Virus record (IMG/VR): IMGVR_UViG_3300030330_003913
DNA length: 64,000 nt
Strand: one strand, 5' to 3'
Source of the DNA: a virus
Taxonomy: Duplodnaviria > Caudoviricetes
This document shows, piece by piece, positions 28,597-39,073 of the stretch. Below the pieces are notes generated by a model. That model made no database searches, was not told the DNA's origin, and saw nothing but the letters and a program-made list of their open reading frames with translations. Position numbers and translations under genes: made by a program. The stretch's first letter is position 1, and each line of letters starts with the position of its first letter.

Positions 28597-29005
28597 CCCA
28601 ACTCACTTCCCAATCTTTAAATTCAGATGCAATACAATCTACCTTGTAGTCTTTTCTACCACCAACCACTTCCATGATTTTATTTACTGCAGTATTTCTA
28701 ATTCCATTTAATCCATGAGTTAACATTAGATTATCACTACCCTTTTCACCTTTACGAACTTGTGATTCATTATACCAAATATGTGCGTTCATTTGTGATA
28801 ACACTATAATGGCTCTGATTACTTCACCTGTAATTTCACCTTTGTGTTCTTTTAATATTAAATTAATATCATGAACTATGTCATTCATTTCTTGTGCATA
28901 GTTCTCCTTGTTCTCAGGTATAAATACTTCTTTTAATTGATGAATACTTAATCTATCTATTAACTCACCTAATGTTGGTAACCATCTTCTATTTTTTGAT
29001 TTCAT
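28574..29005 (-). CDS. DUF4254/DUF6165-like helical protein
   Basis: TLGELIDRLSI..LK, N..IW..E, N..RN; start trimmed. Confidence 0.6.
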   Translation of the reverse strand: MKSKNRRWLPTLGELIDRLSIHQLKEVFIPENKENYAQEMNDIVHDINLILKEHKGEITGEVIRAIIVLSQMNAHIWYNESQVRKGEKGSDNLMLTHGLNGIRNTAVNKIMEVVGGRKDYKVDCIASEFKDWEVSWDVPRNKK

Positions 29006-30011
29006 CTTTAAACTCTCCATATGTTTTAAATTTAACTTGTCCACCAAATAATTTATTTAAATTTCCTTTACTCATTTTTGTGATTGTCTGATACCAATTA
29101 TTGTCTCTTCTTTTAAAATGAGTAGACTTAGATTTATCTTCATCCTTAACATAAAGTCTTTTTCTTGGATGGTTTCTATTATGAACCTTTAATATATTCT
29201 TAATAACAAATTGTCTATAGTCATCACCCATTAACTTCTGACACATTGCCATAAAACTTGTATCATCACCCACCATTGATACTGCAGGTGGTAAATTAAC
29301 TCCACCTCTTACTAAATCTGAACTCATTACTAAACAACTACCATCAAATTTAGGTGAAGTAATTAATTGAACATCAAGTTCTTCTGTCTTGTCATTTACT
29401 TGTTCCATCTCATCTTGACTCATAGTATATCTAATACTCCATGGTGAGTTTAGTGCCAACTTGGTGTCTTCTTCTGTATCCATGTCATAATATGGTTTAT
29501 TAGTAAACTCTGGATGTTCCAATATTCTCCAACTTTCATCCCACATTTTTCTCAATGCAAATGTTAATGTATATCTGTATATTTGTTGAGAGTTTGCATA
29601 TTCTTTTACACCCTCTAATACATGAAAGAATTCCCTTGGTAATAAACAATCACTTTCACCCCATACTAAATAATCAACTACATTACACCACTTATAGTTA
29701 AAGTCTCTTCTGTAGTCTGCAATACAATAAGGTTTGTTTTGGTCATAGACTTGACTTTTAACTAACACTCCAAGTTTGGATATTTCTGAACACTTACTAT
29801 TAAATTTCTTTATTAGTTCTTTCTTAGTAGTAGTCTCAGTATCTATCTCTTCAAAAAATTCTGATATATTGAAAAACAACTCAACAATAATATTCTCAGG
29901 ATTCTCTACTATCTCAACTGCCTTCTTTACTGAATTTAAGTATTCATCTAATATTTCTATTTCATAAAACATTACATGACAACCTATCGCATATTTATTT
30001 TTTATCTTCAT
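28989..30011 (-). CDS. GT-A fold glycosyltransferase-like protein
   Basis: WGESDCL, GDDT; start trimmed to MKIKNKY. Confidence 0.55.
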   Translation of the reverse strand: MKIKNKYAIGCHVMFYEIEILDEYLNSVKKAVEIVENPENIIVELFFNISEFFEEIDTETTTKKELIKKFNSKCSEISKLGVLVKSQVYDQNKPYCIADYRRDFNYKWCNVVDYLVWGESDCLLPREFFHVLEGVKEYANSQQIYRYTLTFALRKMWDESWRILEHPEFTNKPYYDMDTEEDTKLALNSPWSIRYTMSQDEMEQVNDKTEELDVQLITSPKFDGSCLVMSSDLVRGGVNLPPAVSMVGDDTSFMAMCQKLMGDDYRQFVIKNILKVHNRNHPRKRLYVKDEDKSKSTHFKRRDNNWYQTITKMSKGNLNKLFGGQVKFKTYGEFKDEIKK

Positions 30012-30222
30012 CAAATAACTCCAATTGATTTCTGTCCTTTGGATATGGATTAAACCATTCACCATATTCATCTACCCACAATTCCCATCCACGAAGATTC
30101 TCTCTTTTACTATCTTTTTCATCGTACATAAGATTTAATTGTATGGTATGTAACATTTCAGGTGTTAATCTATCAGAACTTTCTAATGTTATTGCCAATT
30201 TACTATGTCTAATTTTCTTCAT
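29995..30222 (-). CDS. Hypothetical protein
   Basis: AGGAG RBS. Confidence 0.55.
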   Translation of the reverse strand: MKKIRHSKLAITLESSDRLTPEMLHTIQLNLMYDEKDSKRENLRGWELWVDEYGEWFNPYPKDRNQLELFDEDKK

Positions 30223-30961
30223 AATTCTCCTTGACTTGATTCCATACTTGCATCATTAACTGATTCCTTTGTGTCTTTTCAAATCCATTAAAGTGCCATA
30301 CATGACCAACTTCCCACATAGGACATAATCCACCCAAAACACCTCTTAAATGTAATTGTGATAAGTTAAACCTTTCATCAAGATATTTTAGTTCATGTTC
30401 ACTCGCACGAATCATGTAGTTGATTGGTGTTTGGTCTGACCCTTTTTTGAGAGTTTCATGTTGTCTCTTCCTAAGTTCATCTTCATTCTCAAGATAAAAG
30501 TCTATAATCTCTTTACATAAATCTTTGTGTTTTCTACTCATCACTATGAATCCACAATTAAAATAACTTGTCCAATCAAACTTAATATTAGGCCAGAAGT
30601 CTTGATACCCTTTAATACTATTATGTGTCCATTCAATATTAAATTTATCCATGACTGCACTGAACTCACCATCTGTTTGTTCAAAGAAGTTAGGACAATT
30701 CCAATGAACCATTGTGTCTACATCCACTAATGCAACTTGGTCATACTTTATCTCATTGGATTCAAGTATTTCATGTACCCACCATCTCTGCCATGTTGGT
30801 TTCATAATTGACTTGTCTCTTATCTCTTGGTCAAGTACAAATAATTCTACATTATTTTTTTTACACCAATAGTCCCATGATTTGAAACACCATTCTTTAT
30901 AATCTAATATATCAGGTGCCCCATCCATACATGTCATAAATACTACATTTTTTCTGTCCAT
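30209..30961 (-). CDS. GT8/GT34-like glycosyltransferase
   Basis: VDVD, YFNCGF, DQT..NY, WHFNG. Confidence 0.85.
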   Translation of the reverse strand: MDRKNVVFMTCMDGAPDILDYKEWCFKSWDYWCKKNNVELFVLDQEIRDKSIMKPTWQRWWVHEILESNEIKYDQVALVDVDTMVHWNCPNFFEQTDGEFSAVMDKFNIEWTHNSIKGYQDFWPNIKFDWTSYFNCGFIVMSRKHKDLCKEIIDFYLENEDELRKRQHETLKKGSDQTPINYMIRASEHELKYLDERFNLSQLHLRGVLGGLCPMWEVGHVWHFNGFEKTQRNQLMMQVWNQVKENYEEN

Positions 30962-31824
30962 AAGACTCTTACTCCTTCAATGTAATCTAATAAATCAACA
31001 CCAGGTTTCCAACCCAATAATTCTTGTGCCTTTGTATCTGTACAAAGTGTTTCTCTAACTTCACCTGGTCTCTTTGGTATGTAAGTGTATCCCCAATCAA
31101 ATGATTGTGCAACCACATTGATTGAGAAGTTTTCACCTCTACCCAATTCAAATATCTGACCATTTGACTTTTCTATTTGTTCTCCACACTTTACAATTCC
31201 ATCTACGATATCAAATACATGTGTAAAATCTCTTCTCTGTTCACCATCACCTGTAATGGTTAATTCTTTACCCTCTTTGAATTGTTTCTCAAAGATACCA
31301 ATTACGGTACAATATTCACCTTCAGTTAATTGATGTGGGCCGTATACATTGTAAAACCTACATATACTCATCGGTATATCATATGTTTTATGATACATCT
31401 GAATCACCTCTTCACCCTGCCACTTTGTAAAGGTATATGGATTTTTATATACTCCACCATGAAAACTACTTGACCCTGCATATATTATTGGTATCTTTTC
31501 TTCTTTATTTCTAATCCATTCTAATAAGTTTAGTGTTCCAAGTACATTTGCCTCAAATGTTATTGCAGGAAACTCAAATGATGGTTGGATTCTTGGTAGT
31601 GCGGCGAGATGATAAATTATATCAGGTTTCTCCATGAAGAAATCAAAGTCAACTGCATCTCTTAAATCTACATTATAATATGTAACATTTTTATTATCTA
31701 TTTCATTCTCTTCTCTACCTGTAGAATAGTTATCCAAACTAACAACCTTATGACCATCATCCAATAATCTTTCAATCAAATTAGTTCCTATAAAACCTGC
31801 TCCACCTGTTACTAATACATTCAT
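30943..31824 (-). CDS. NAD-dependent nucleotide-sugar epimerase/dehydratase
   Basis: GGAGFIG, HLAA, SSS, YxxxK, RFYNVYGP, RDFTHV. Confidence 0.95.
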   Translation of the reverse strand: MNVLVTGGAGFIGTNLIERLLDDGHKVVSLDNYSTGREENEIDNKNVTYYNVDLRDAVDFDFFMEKPDIIYHLAALPRIQPSFEFPAITFEANVLGTLNLLEWIRNKEEKIPIIYAGSSSFHGGVYKNPYTFTKWQGEEVIQMYHKTYDIPMSICRFYNVYGPHQLTEGEYCTVIGIFEKQFKEGKELTITGDGEQRRDFTHVFDIVDGIVKCGEQIEKSNGQIFELGRGENFSINVVAQSFDWGYTYIPKRPGEVRETLCTDTKAQELLGWKPGVDLLDYIEGVRVLWTEKM

Positions 31825-31833
31825 CTTTTTCTC

Positions 31834-32514
31834 CTATATTTTGTAAGTCTCAAATTTAGTTCCCTCTAATCTCAAGTTTATAAATGGATTAAGAGAACAA
31901 ATATTCACATCATTAAAATTTAATAATTGTTTTAGTGCAATTGTTTCTTTTTCCATGTTGTTTAAAAATCCTTTTATACCATCCCAATTACTTGCAGACT
32001 TCCAATCTTTTTCTACATATTCGTGGTAGTACATCTGACCATCAATCTCACCACCATCATGTCCACATAGTATGATGTTCTTTGCACCCATATAATATGC
32101 AATGTGGACTGCAGTGGTTACGGTTGAACGACTAACAATAATTTCCTCATCAATATCAAGTTCCATCAACTCCATATCAAAATCTTTTTTTCTTGGATTG
32201 TGTTTAAACATATAAGAATTAGGATTATCACAATTGTTCAATCCCTTTTCTTCATAACCTTTATAATACTGACTATAGATTAATGGTATGTCTTTTTCTT
32301 TAAGTTCTTGTACTAACCTTGGAAATCTTGGTTCCTCGTTACAATCTTTTACAACTACATAATCACAATCAAAATATCTGAATATATCATTTACTCCAAG
32401 TACTATTTTATTTTCAAAAAAACTCTTATCTATATGATTAAGTGAAGGGCCTCCACTAACAATCCATATATCTTTGTCTTTGTGTATATTCTGTAATGAT
32501 TTAAAGTCTTTCAT
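31834..32514 (-). CDS. Maf/DUF115-like (6-hydroxymethylpterin diphosphokinase-like fold) transferase
   Basis: IVSGGPSL, GVN, STV..A...AYYMGAKNIILCGHD. Confidence 0.75.
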   Translation of the reverse strand: MKDFKSLQNIHKDKDIWIVSGGPSLNHIDKSFFENKIVLGVNDIFRYFDCDYVVVKDCNEEPRFPRLVQELKEKDIPLIYSQYYKGYEEKGLNNCDNPNSYMFKHNPRKKDFDMELMELDIDEEIIVSRSTVTTAVHIAYYMGAKNIILCGHDGGEIDGQMYYHEYVEKDWKSASNWDGIKGFLNNMEKETIALKQLLNFNDVNICSLNPFINLRLEGTKFETYKI

Positions 32515-32759
32515 AATCTACCTCCTAAATTACCTTCCTCGTCCAAATCTAACTCATCTATTTTGTTCTTTTTTTTCGGGTTTGCGTCATCTTGGTTTGG
32601 AATAATATTCAAATCCTCATTATCTATTATTTTGTCCATTGCGAAATGAAATATACCAGTTATGACAAATATTGGAAACATAATAAACCAAGTCATTACA
32701 TATCCGATAAGTACGACTACTTTACGGTTTAACTTTGTTATATTTGAATGTGGTTTCAT
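32511..32759 (-). CDS. Small membrane protein
   Basis: TM segment. Confidence 0.5.
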   Translation of the reverse strand: MKPHSNITKLNRKVVVLIGYVMTWFIMFPIFVITGIFHFAMDKIIDNEDLNIIPNQDDANPKKKNKIDELDLDEEGNLGGRL

Positions 32760-33145
32760 AATCTATCCATATCTTCTAATGTTTGTTTCCAATTTGTAAA
32801 TCTAATACCTTTATCATCAATATAAAACTTTGCGTTAGGTTTTCCCCAAACAACCCTATCTACAAATTTATACATATCGTGTTCTCTTAACCACTCTTCA
32901 ACTAACTCAACACCTGTCTTTTCATTAACCTTTGGTCTGTTAGGATTTGCCTTACAAGTAAAAAGAACTATTTTGTATTTCTTACTTATCTTCTCTAATG
33001 ATTCATAACTTCCTTCAATGACATCATCATAGATTGTACCATCATGAAAACCTTTACTATTTTTATGAATCACTCCATCAAAATCAATCGCGATGGTATT
33101 TTTTTCATCTTGATTAATTCTTTCTATTTCTTTATTAATGTCCAT
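32756..33145 (-). CDS. HAD-family phosphatase
   Basis: DFDGV, FTC, GKP, YIDDK. Confidence 0.85.
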   Translation of the reverse strand: MDINKEIERINQDEKNTIAIDFDGVIHKNSKGFHDGTIYDDVIEGSYESLEKISKKYKIVLFTCKANPNRPKVNEKTGVELVEEWLREHDMYKFVDRVVWGKPNAKFYIDDKGIRFTNWKQTLEDMDRL

Positions 33146-33806
33146 TGTTTAATCTCTTGTATAAAAACTCTGCGAAGTCAAAGTCAAGTGGTGTATCAAT
33201 ATCAACTGATTCTAAATCATCCATTACATAAAATAGTGGATTCTTTCCTACTACATTTTTATATTTTAACATGTTTTCTTTACTGATGATTGATATTCCA
33301 AAAGTTAAGTTATAAATTTCTGGTAAATCTTGTGAGTTAGGAACATTATCCAAATCATAATTCAAGGGTTTATTATCTAACCATAAATATTCTTTTACCC
33401 TTGATACTGAATTGTAACTATCGTGTCCCAAATCTAAACAATTATTAAATCTATTAATAAAATCATAATAAGTTTCAACCTTTACCAATGGTGCAGTACA
33501 TGGTGTGTGCATTATATAATCTGTATCTGTAGTAAATGCTAAGTTTTCCCAATGTTCTGTATTGGTACATTCATTACTTGCATAATACTCTTCTCTTCTG
33601 AAGTAACTAACACCATACTCTTTTGATATTTCAATCGCCTCATCTGAATTAGTGTTAACAACTATATCATCTATAGTATCAACTTGTTTTAGTGTTTCTA
33701 ACTTTAGTTTTAGTAATGTAGTATCACCAAAAGGTCGGAAGTTTTTGTCTATAACTCTTTGAGAACCAACTCTTATTGGAACTACTGCTGTAATTTTCTT
33801 TCTCAT
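33135..33806 (-). CDS. CMP-ulosonic acid synthetase (NeuA-type cytidylyltransferase)
   Basis: PIRVGSQRVIDKN, TAPL, SQDL, DIDTPLDF. Confidence 0.9.
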   Translation of the reverse strand: MRKKITAVVPIRVGSQRVIDKNFRPFGDTTLLKLKLETLKQVDTIDDIVVNTNSDEAIEISKEYGVSYFRREEYYASNECTNTEHWENLAFTTDTDYIMHTPCTAPLVKVETYYDFINRFNNCLDLGHDSYNSVSRVKEYLWLDNKPLNYDLDNVPNSQDLPEIYNLTFGISIISKENMLKYKNVVGKNPLFYVMDDLESVDIDTPLDFDFAEFLYKRLNNGH

Positions 33807-34555
33807 AGTCTATCTTTTATTTCCTTTGCTCTTGTATTGTACTCATTAGAAAATCTTTTGTAATGTAATGACTTACTCTCTAACCATAAGGATTCCCACT
33901 CCAACATCAATGAAATTATCGTACCCAACTTACTAATATTATTTTTATTTAATCCTAAGATTACATTTCGTGTCTCAATACAATCTAAGAATCCCTTATC
34001 AAATAAGTCTTGGATGAACTCTATACTCTTAGTACCAATATTACCACCCATATAGGTTTTCATTCCTAATTTTTTTGATTCTTGTAGGATATAAGTTACT
34101 ACTCTACAAATCTCATCCGACATTACATCTTGTTTTCCATAACCAAATGACTTTGTTAAATCAGAACGACCCACCACAACACCACTTAACATTTTACTTG
34201 TGGGTGAATCTAATATATCATTTAAGTTTTTATATGCCTGTACACTTTCAATGTTGATAAACTTATTACCATCATAAGGTAGTTTAGTAATAGACTCTGA
34301 AAACTTTTGTAGTGCAAACCTTGATTCAATCATTGGTGCAACTATACCATCAACTTCTAAATCAATACAACGATTTATATCAGAAATGGCTTCACACCCA
34401 CCAATCTTTACACTCAACTTTAAATCCAAGTCTCTACATATTTTAGATATCTTCCAAAGGTCTAAATCCAATACTCCTTCATCTTCAAAAGATTGTTTTA
34501 TACCTATGACACCTTGGTTCTTAAGTTCATCTAATAATTTTACTATATAACTCAT
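33803..34555 (-). CDS. HpcH/HpaI aldolase family protein
   Basis: IVAPMIES, NIES, VGRSDL. Confidence 0.75.
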   Translation of the reverse strand: MSYIVKLLDELKNQGVIGIKQSFEDEGVLDLDLWKISKICRDLDLKLSVKIGGCEAISDINRCIDLEVDGIVAPMIESRFALQKFSESITKLPYDGNKFINIESVQAYKNLNDILDSPTSKMLSGVVVGRSDLTKSFGYGKQDVMSDEICRVVTYILQESKKLGMKTYMGGNIGTKSIEFIQDLFDKGFLDCIETRNVILGLNKNNISKLGTIISLMLEWESLWLESKSLHYKRFSNEYNTRAKEIKDRL

Positions 34556-35153
34556 TTTGTTTTTCTTGTTTCTCTATTGTCTTTGGATGATATATACATA
34601 ATTCTTCATGTGGTGGTAGATGTGAATATGTTTTACAACCTGTAATTCTTTCATGTACAGGACTTTCCCATCTTATATCATCTCTGTTTCTAAAAACCCT
34701 ACTTTGATAGTCAGGAAAGTTTACCCAACCTTGTTCTGTTACTACCCAACCCCATTTTTTAATATGGTCTTGTGTAATTCCATCTACGGTATTGATTCTT
34801 GGAATCCATATTAAATCTACATCATTTATTTCTAATATTTGTTTTAATTGTGACATCAGAACTTTGTGTGGTATCTCATCTGCATCTAAATGAAATATGT
34901 AGTCACCTGTTGATTTCTCTATAACTGAATTTTTCTTTTTTGCAAAGTCATTATTTAATTCTTGTTCGTAAAAAACTATGTCAGGATATTGTCCATGTAT
35001 GTATTCATCAAACACTCTCCAACATTGATAATCAGAGTAATCATCACATATAACAATTTCATCACCCTCATCACGATGTTCAACAAGAAACTCAAGTAGT
35101 TTCTTTATCTCTTCGTGTTCATTATGAACGGTTATCCCATAAGTAATTTTCAT
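34527..35153 (-). CDS. GT2 glycosyltransferase
   Basis: ITVHNE, LDADE, PDYQ.R, VHE. Confidence 0.85.
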   Translation of the reverse strand: MKITYGITVHNEHEEIKKLLEFLVEHRDEGDEIVICDDYSDYQCWRVFDEYIHGQYPDIVFYEQELNNDFAKKKNSVIEKSTGDYIFHLDADEIPHKVLMSQLKQILEINDVDLIWIPRINTVDGITQDHIKKWGWVVTEQGWVNFPDYQSRVFRNRDDIRWESPVHERITGCKTYSHLPPHEELCIYHPKTIEKQEKQNELYSKIIR

Positions 35154-35635
35154 AATTCAAAATCAAATTCATTTATTTGTTGTTCTAAAAGTAAATCATC
35201 TATAGAATCTTTTGGTAAGAAACGATAATCATCTTCAAGATATACTCTTCTTTTCCTACACTCCCTTAAATTATAAGTTCTAAATATTTTATATTTTTCT
35301 ATAAAGTCTACTAAGGTCTTATATAATATTTTAATATCTGATTGTGATATATTATCTTCAAAGTTACCAATCTCTGTTGTACCTTTATCTTTACTTAGTC
35401 CACCAAATTGTTCAATCAGTGCCTGAAATCTTGATGCAGTTATTGGTCTTGTGACTGCAGTGTCTAATTGTAACCCAACAAAAAAGTATGTAAGTCTACC
35501 ATTCTTTTTTCTATATGGATATCTTGGACTCAAACACATTACGGTTCTTTTAATTCCTTTTGTCTCACCTTTACTTTTATAGATAAAAGATACTATTTGA
35601 CCTGGTTGTACTTTTGTCCATGTAGTGTTTTTCAT
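35150..35635 (-). CDS. Hypothetical phage protein
   Basis: ORF tiling. Confidence 0.55.
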   Translation of the reverse strand: MKNTTWTKVQPGQIVSFIYKSKGETKGIKRTVMCLSPRYPYRKKNGRLTYFFVGLQLDTAVTRPITASRFQALIEQFGGLSKDKGTTEIGNFEDNISQSDIKILYKTLVDFIEKYKIFRTYNLRECRKRRVYLEDDYRFLPKDSIDDLLLEQQINEFDFEL

Positions 35636-36075
35636 TCTTTAATAATTCCCATTTCTTTACATGCATTCATGAATTCATGTTGTCCAAATGCCTGTGCATT
35701 ATCAACATCTAATTTTTCTGTATGTCCTTCATATTGTGGGTCTTTTAATTCTTCAGGTGTTAATTTAGTTACTTGTGCAAACTTCCACATCCAATTATTT
35801 TTAGTTCCATCTGGATAAATAACTCCAAACTTACCCATATTTAATACTGATGGAAACCAAGTAATCTTTCTATCATAATCAAATACTGATATTTCATTCA
35901 TCAATTGTGTTGATGATTCAACTGCCTTTTCAAGTTCCTCTGTACCATTTTTATAATATGAATTACTTGTGAATCCACATTGAAAACAAATATAGGAAGT
36001 GAAATGTTCATTAGATTCCTCAAAACATTGGTCTTTACTAAAACAATTTGGACAATTTGTTTTTACTTCTGCCAT
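35632..36075 (-). CDS. Zn-ribbon hypothetical protein
   Basis: CPNC...CFQC. Confidence 0.6.
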   Translation of the reverse strand: MAEVKTNCPNCFSKDQCFEESNEHFTSYICFQCGFTSNSYYKNGTEELEKAVESSTQLMNEISVFDYDRKITWFPSVLNMGKFGVIYPDGTKNNWMWKFAQVTKLTPEELKDPQYEGHTEKLDVDNAQAFGQHEFMNACKEMGIIKE

Positions 36076-37397
36076 TATATTTTCCTTAACTTCGGTAAAC
36101 CTTTTTCTACTTTCTTTTCTTCCTTTTTCATATTAGGTAATTTAATATCAACTTGTTTTGGAAGTGTATCTAATTGTTGGTCAATAATTTGTTCTAATCT
36201 ATCTTTCATTTTATCATGTGTGAATTTTTTTCTATTGATTAACATTAGTTTCTTTCCTTTTACTGCATATTTAGTATAGTTTTTATATACATCTCTAAGT
36301 ATTTGAGATGCAAGTCCATAATTTACACTAAACCATTCACATGTTTCAATGAAAAATTCTTTTGGAAATGACCTTTCAGGTACCTTTACATACTGACCAT
36401 TTAGTTTTACGGTATTATTCTCATCAAGAAAGTCTTTTTGACCTGTAGCGACAGGTGCAATAACTGGTTTACCACTAAATGACGCCTCTAATAAAGGTCT
36501 TCCAAATCCCTCTCCATGTGTGAATGATAAATGTGCCTTTACTTTTGGATGATTATATAGTCCATTCATCTCATCATCAGTTAAGTCACCATGTAGTAAC
36601 CAAATCTTTGGAAGTATTTTTGCCTTAACTTCTGATTTAATATAATCAACTTTTTTTCTAATCTCTTCTCTATCAACAACTGAGAATCCTGCACTACTTG
36701 TTTTTAAAATAAGTCCTGGTGCATCTTTTTTGTTTTTGAATGATTCTAAAAATACTTTAATCATCATACCAACATCTTTTCTATCTTCACCAAGACCACC
36801 TTGTAACCAATGTCCTGTGTATAAAAAATTCCAATCAGTTGTTATCTTATTAAACTCATCAACAAGTTGTTTTGAAAATTCATTTGTTTCTTTATAAATA
36901 TCTGGGTCTGCACCTTCAAACAATGTAGTTAGTTGACTATTAACTTTTAATTGACCTATGACATTACCACCTTGGTCTTTTTTATCATATGATACATTTT
37001 TAAAATTAACCGCACTCCATTCTGATGTTATGATATTAACATCCATACGATTTAAACCCTCAACCCATGGTGCAGGTGGTATTGTGTGTTCAATACCTGC
37101 AGTTACACCTATGTTCTTTTTTGCAATTGGTTGGAATTCATTTGGTACACTAATCTGAAGATGTACTTCAGGTTGTCTTTCAATATTTGGTTGTCTTAAA
37201 ATTCTTTTGTGAATCTCTTTGTGTATTGGATTATGTTCTTCCAATGCATTCATTGGTGTATTACCCCATCTCATTGATTGTATTCTAACATCATATTTAT
37301 CTAACTCAATCAACGCTCTACAAATATCTCTTGTGTGATTACCATATCCACTTCTTGTGGCAACTGGTCCTGTAACTAATACTATTGGTTTACTCAT
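36075..37397 (-). CDS. GT4 glycosyltransferase
   Basis: SGYG, RKD, EGFGRPLLEA..GKPVI. Confidence 0.9.
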   Translation of the reverse strand: MSKPIVLVTGPVATRSGYGNHTRDICRALIELDKYDVRIQSMRWGNTPMNALEEHNPIHKEIHKRILRQPNIERQPEVHLQISVPNEFQPIAKKNIGVTAGIEHTIPPAPWVEGLNRMDVNIITSEWSAVNFKNVSYDKKDQGGNVIGQLKVNSQLTTLFEGADPDIYKETNEFSKQLVDEFNKITTDWNFLYTGHWLQGGLGEDRKDVGMMIKVFLESFKNKKDAPGLILKTSSAGFSVVDREEIRKKVDYIKSEVKAKILPKIWLLHGDLTDDEMNGLYNHPKVKAHLSFTHGEGFGRPLLEASFSGKPVIAPVATGQKDFLDENNTVKLNGQYVKVPERSFPKEFFIETCEWFSVNYGLASQILRDVYKNYTKYAVKGKKLMLINRKKFTHDKMKDRLEQIIDQQLDTLPKQVDIKLPNMKKEEKKVEKGLPKLRKI

Positions 37398-38818
37398 ACT
37401 TCATGTACCTCATAACTTTTTCTTGGTGTCCATTTTTCCCATGCAGTTTCCATATGGTCTTTGAATAGTTGACACATATGTCTTGTACTCATCATTCCAT
37501 CATCACTTGTTACAAACTCGTGTCCAAGTCTACCTGCTTCAGTTCTCTCTTCAGGTGTCTTATCATACCAATACCTTAATGCATCTGCAACATCAACCCA
37601 ATCACATCTATCATCCATAATGTATGGTGTTGGAACTGAACCTTGAACTGAACGAGTTCTCGGCCATACTGGTTTTACCCACTCTCCGTGAGTTAAGTCT
37701 TTGTTGTTTTCCCATTTTCTCCAATCGTGTAGTGACTCAATCTTTCCATAATCTTTATAAGTTAAAAGGTGGTCTCTGAATGTAAATCCACATTGGTCTT
37801 GCATACCACCTGTAACATTTACAATAATTGGTGTTCCACACATCAAACTTTCACAAGTTCCTAATCCAAATCCCTCATTGGATGCAATATTTACGGTAAG
37901 GTCAACTGCATTATATAAATGTCTCATCCCTTCATTGTTTAGTTTTTCCCTTGAGAACACTACATTTAAATCAGGACATAACTCTTGTACAACTGCAGGT
38001 AAATCAGTACCATTACTATCAACTGGTTCAGTATGTAGAACAAATCCTATCTTCTGTCTTTGTTCTTCAGTTAATCCATCCGCAAATGTTTTGAATGCCA
38101 TGATTAAATCTGAAGTCATTTTTCTTCTGATATTTCTATTGATAAAGAGAATAGTAAAATCTACTTCTTTACCTTTGAATAATTCATTTCTAACTTTGTT
38201 CACCTTGAATGTTTCATCTTCATCTACAACAGGATAAAAATATTTTTCATTGATTCCATGTGGAACATAAGTAGAGTCCCAATCTGTTCTTGGTTTGTTC
38301 TGACATACATTCTGAACGATATTGTGAGTTTGTTTTGAAATGTTCATAATTAAATCACAAGATTCATAATAAGGTTCGTTCCACCTTGGATAAGGTAAGT
38401 TATCCCAAATATTATAATAAAAGATAGGTATGTTTTGTCGTATCTCGTGTTCCATTTGATATAACCAAATCCAAAATCTTGGGTCTGTGTAGTGTAGGAT
38501 TGCATCTGGTTTTTCAATCAACAATAACTCTCTTACTAACTCTTGACTTCCATAACCACTAATGGGATATATTTTTAAACTGGCATCCTCAACACCTGTA
38601 TCTTCTCTCACTGCCTGATTCATATCAACTATCTTTCCATTATCAGGATGTTTGATAGCTCCACCGACTTGAACCCAATCATATTTATCTATAGTCCCAA
38701 AGACTATTTCTCTTGACATAGTACCGACACCACTATGCATTCTTAAATCATCTGACAACAATAAGATTTTCTTCTTTTTTGGTTTTGAAGAAACCTTTTG
38801 TAGTTTTGGTAATTGCAT
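37394..38818 (-). CDS. GT4 glycosyltransferase
   Basis: PHG, RN.RRK, EGFGLGTCES..GTPII. Confidence 0.9.
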   Translation of the reverse strand: MQLPKLQKVSSKPKKKKILLLSDDLRMHSGVGTMSREIVFGTIDKYDWVQVGGAIKHPDNGKIVDMNQAVREDTGVEDASLKIYPISGYGSQELVRELLLIEKPDAILHYTDPRFWIWLYQMEHEIRQNIPIFYYNIWDNLPYPRWNEPYYESCDLIMNISKQTHNIVQNVCQNKPRTDWDSTYVPHGINEKYFYPVVDEDETFKVNKVRNELFKGKEVDFTILFINRNIRRKMTSDLIMAFKTFADGLTEEQRQKIGFVLHTEPVDSNGTDLPAVVQELCPDLNVVFSREKLNNEGMRHLYNAVDLTVNIASNEGFGLGTCESLMCGTPIIVNVTGGMQDQCGFTFRDHLLTYKDYGKIESLHDWRKWENNKDLTHGEWVKPVWPRTRSVQGSVPTPYIMDDRCDWVDVADALRYWYDKTPEERTEAGRLGHEFVTSDDGMMSTRHMCQLFKDHMETAWEKWTPRKSYEVHEV

Positions 38819-38828
38819 CTATAACCTC

Positions 38829-39023
38829 TTAATATTTAGAACCACTTGTTTCTAAGTCACTATTCTTTAGAACTTTTTCCTTAAAATCTTCATCATACAC
38901 AAATAAATGTAAACTACGATTTACTAATTTTTGTAACGAAAAGTCCTCAGAGATAGATTTCTCCTTGAACTTACGATATAACTCATCAATAACTTTTACT
39001 GATGTTAATTTGTCTTCACTCAT
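38829..39023 (-). CDS. Small ribbon-helix-helix-like protein
   Basis: LTSVKV strand then two helices; first gene of the GT operon. Confidence 0.5.
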   Translation of the reverse strand: MSEDKLTSVKVIDELYRKFKEKSISEDFSLQKLVNRSLHLFVYDEDFKEKVLKNSDLETSGSKY

Positions 39024-39073
39024 AATAATCTCTTTTGTTAATTATCTATATATACATATATATAAATATCTTG

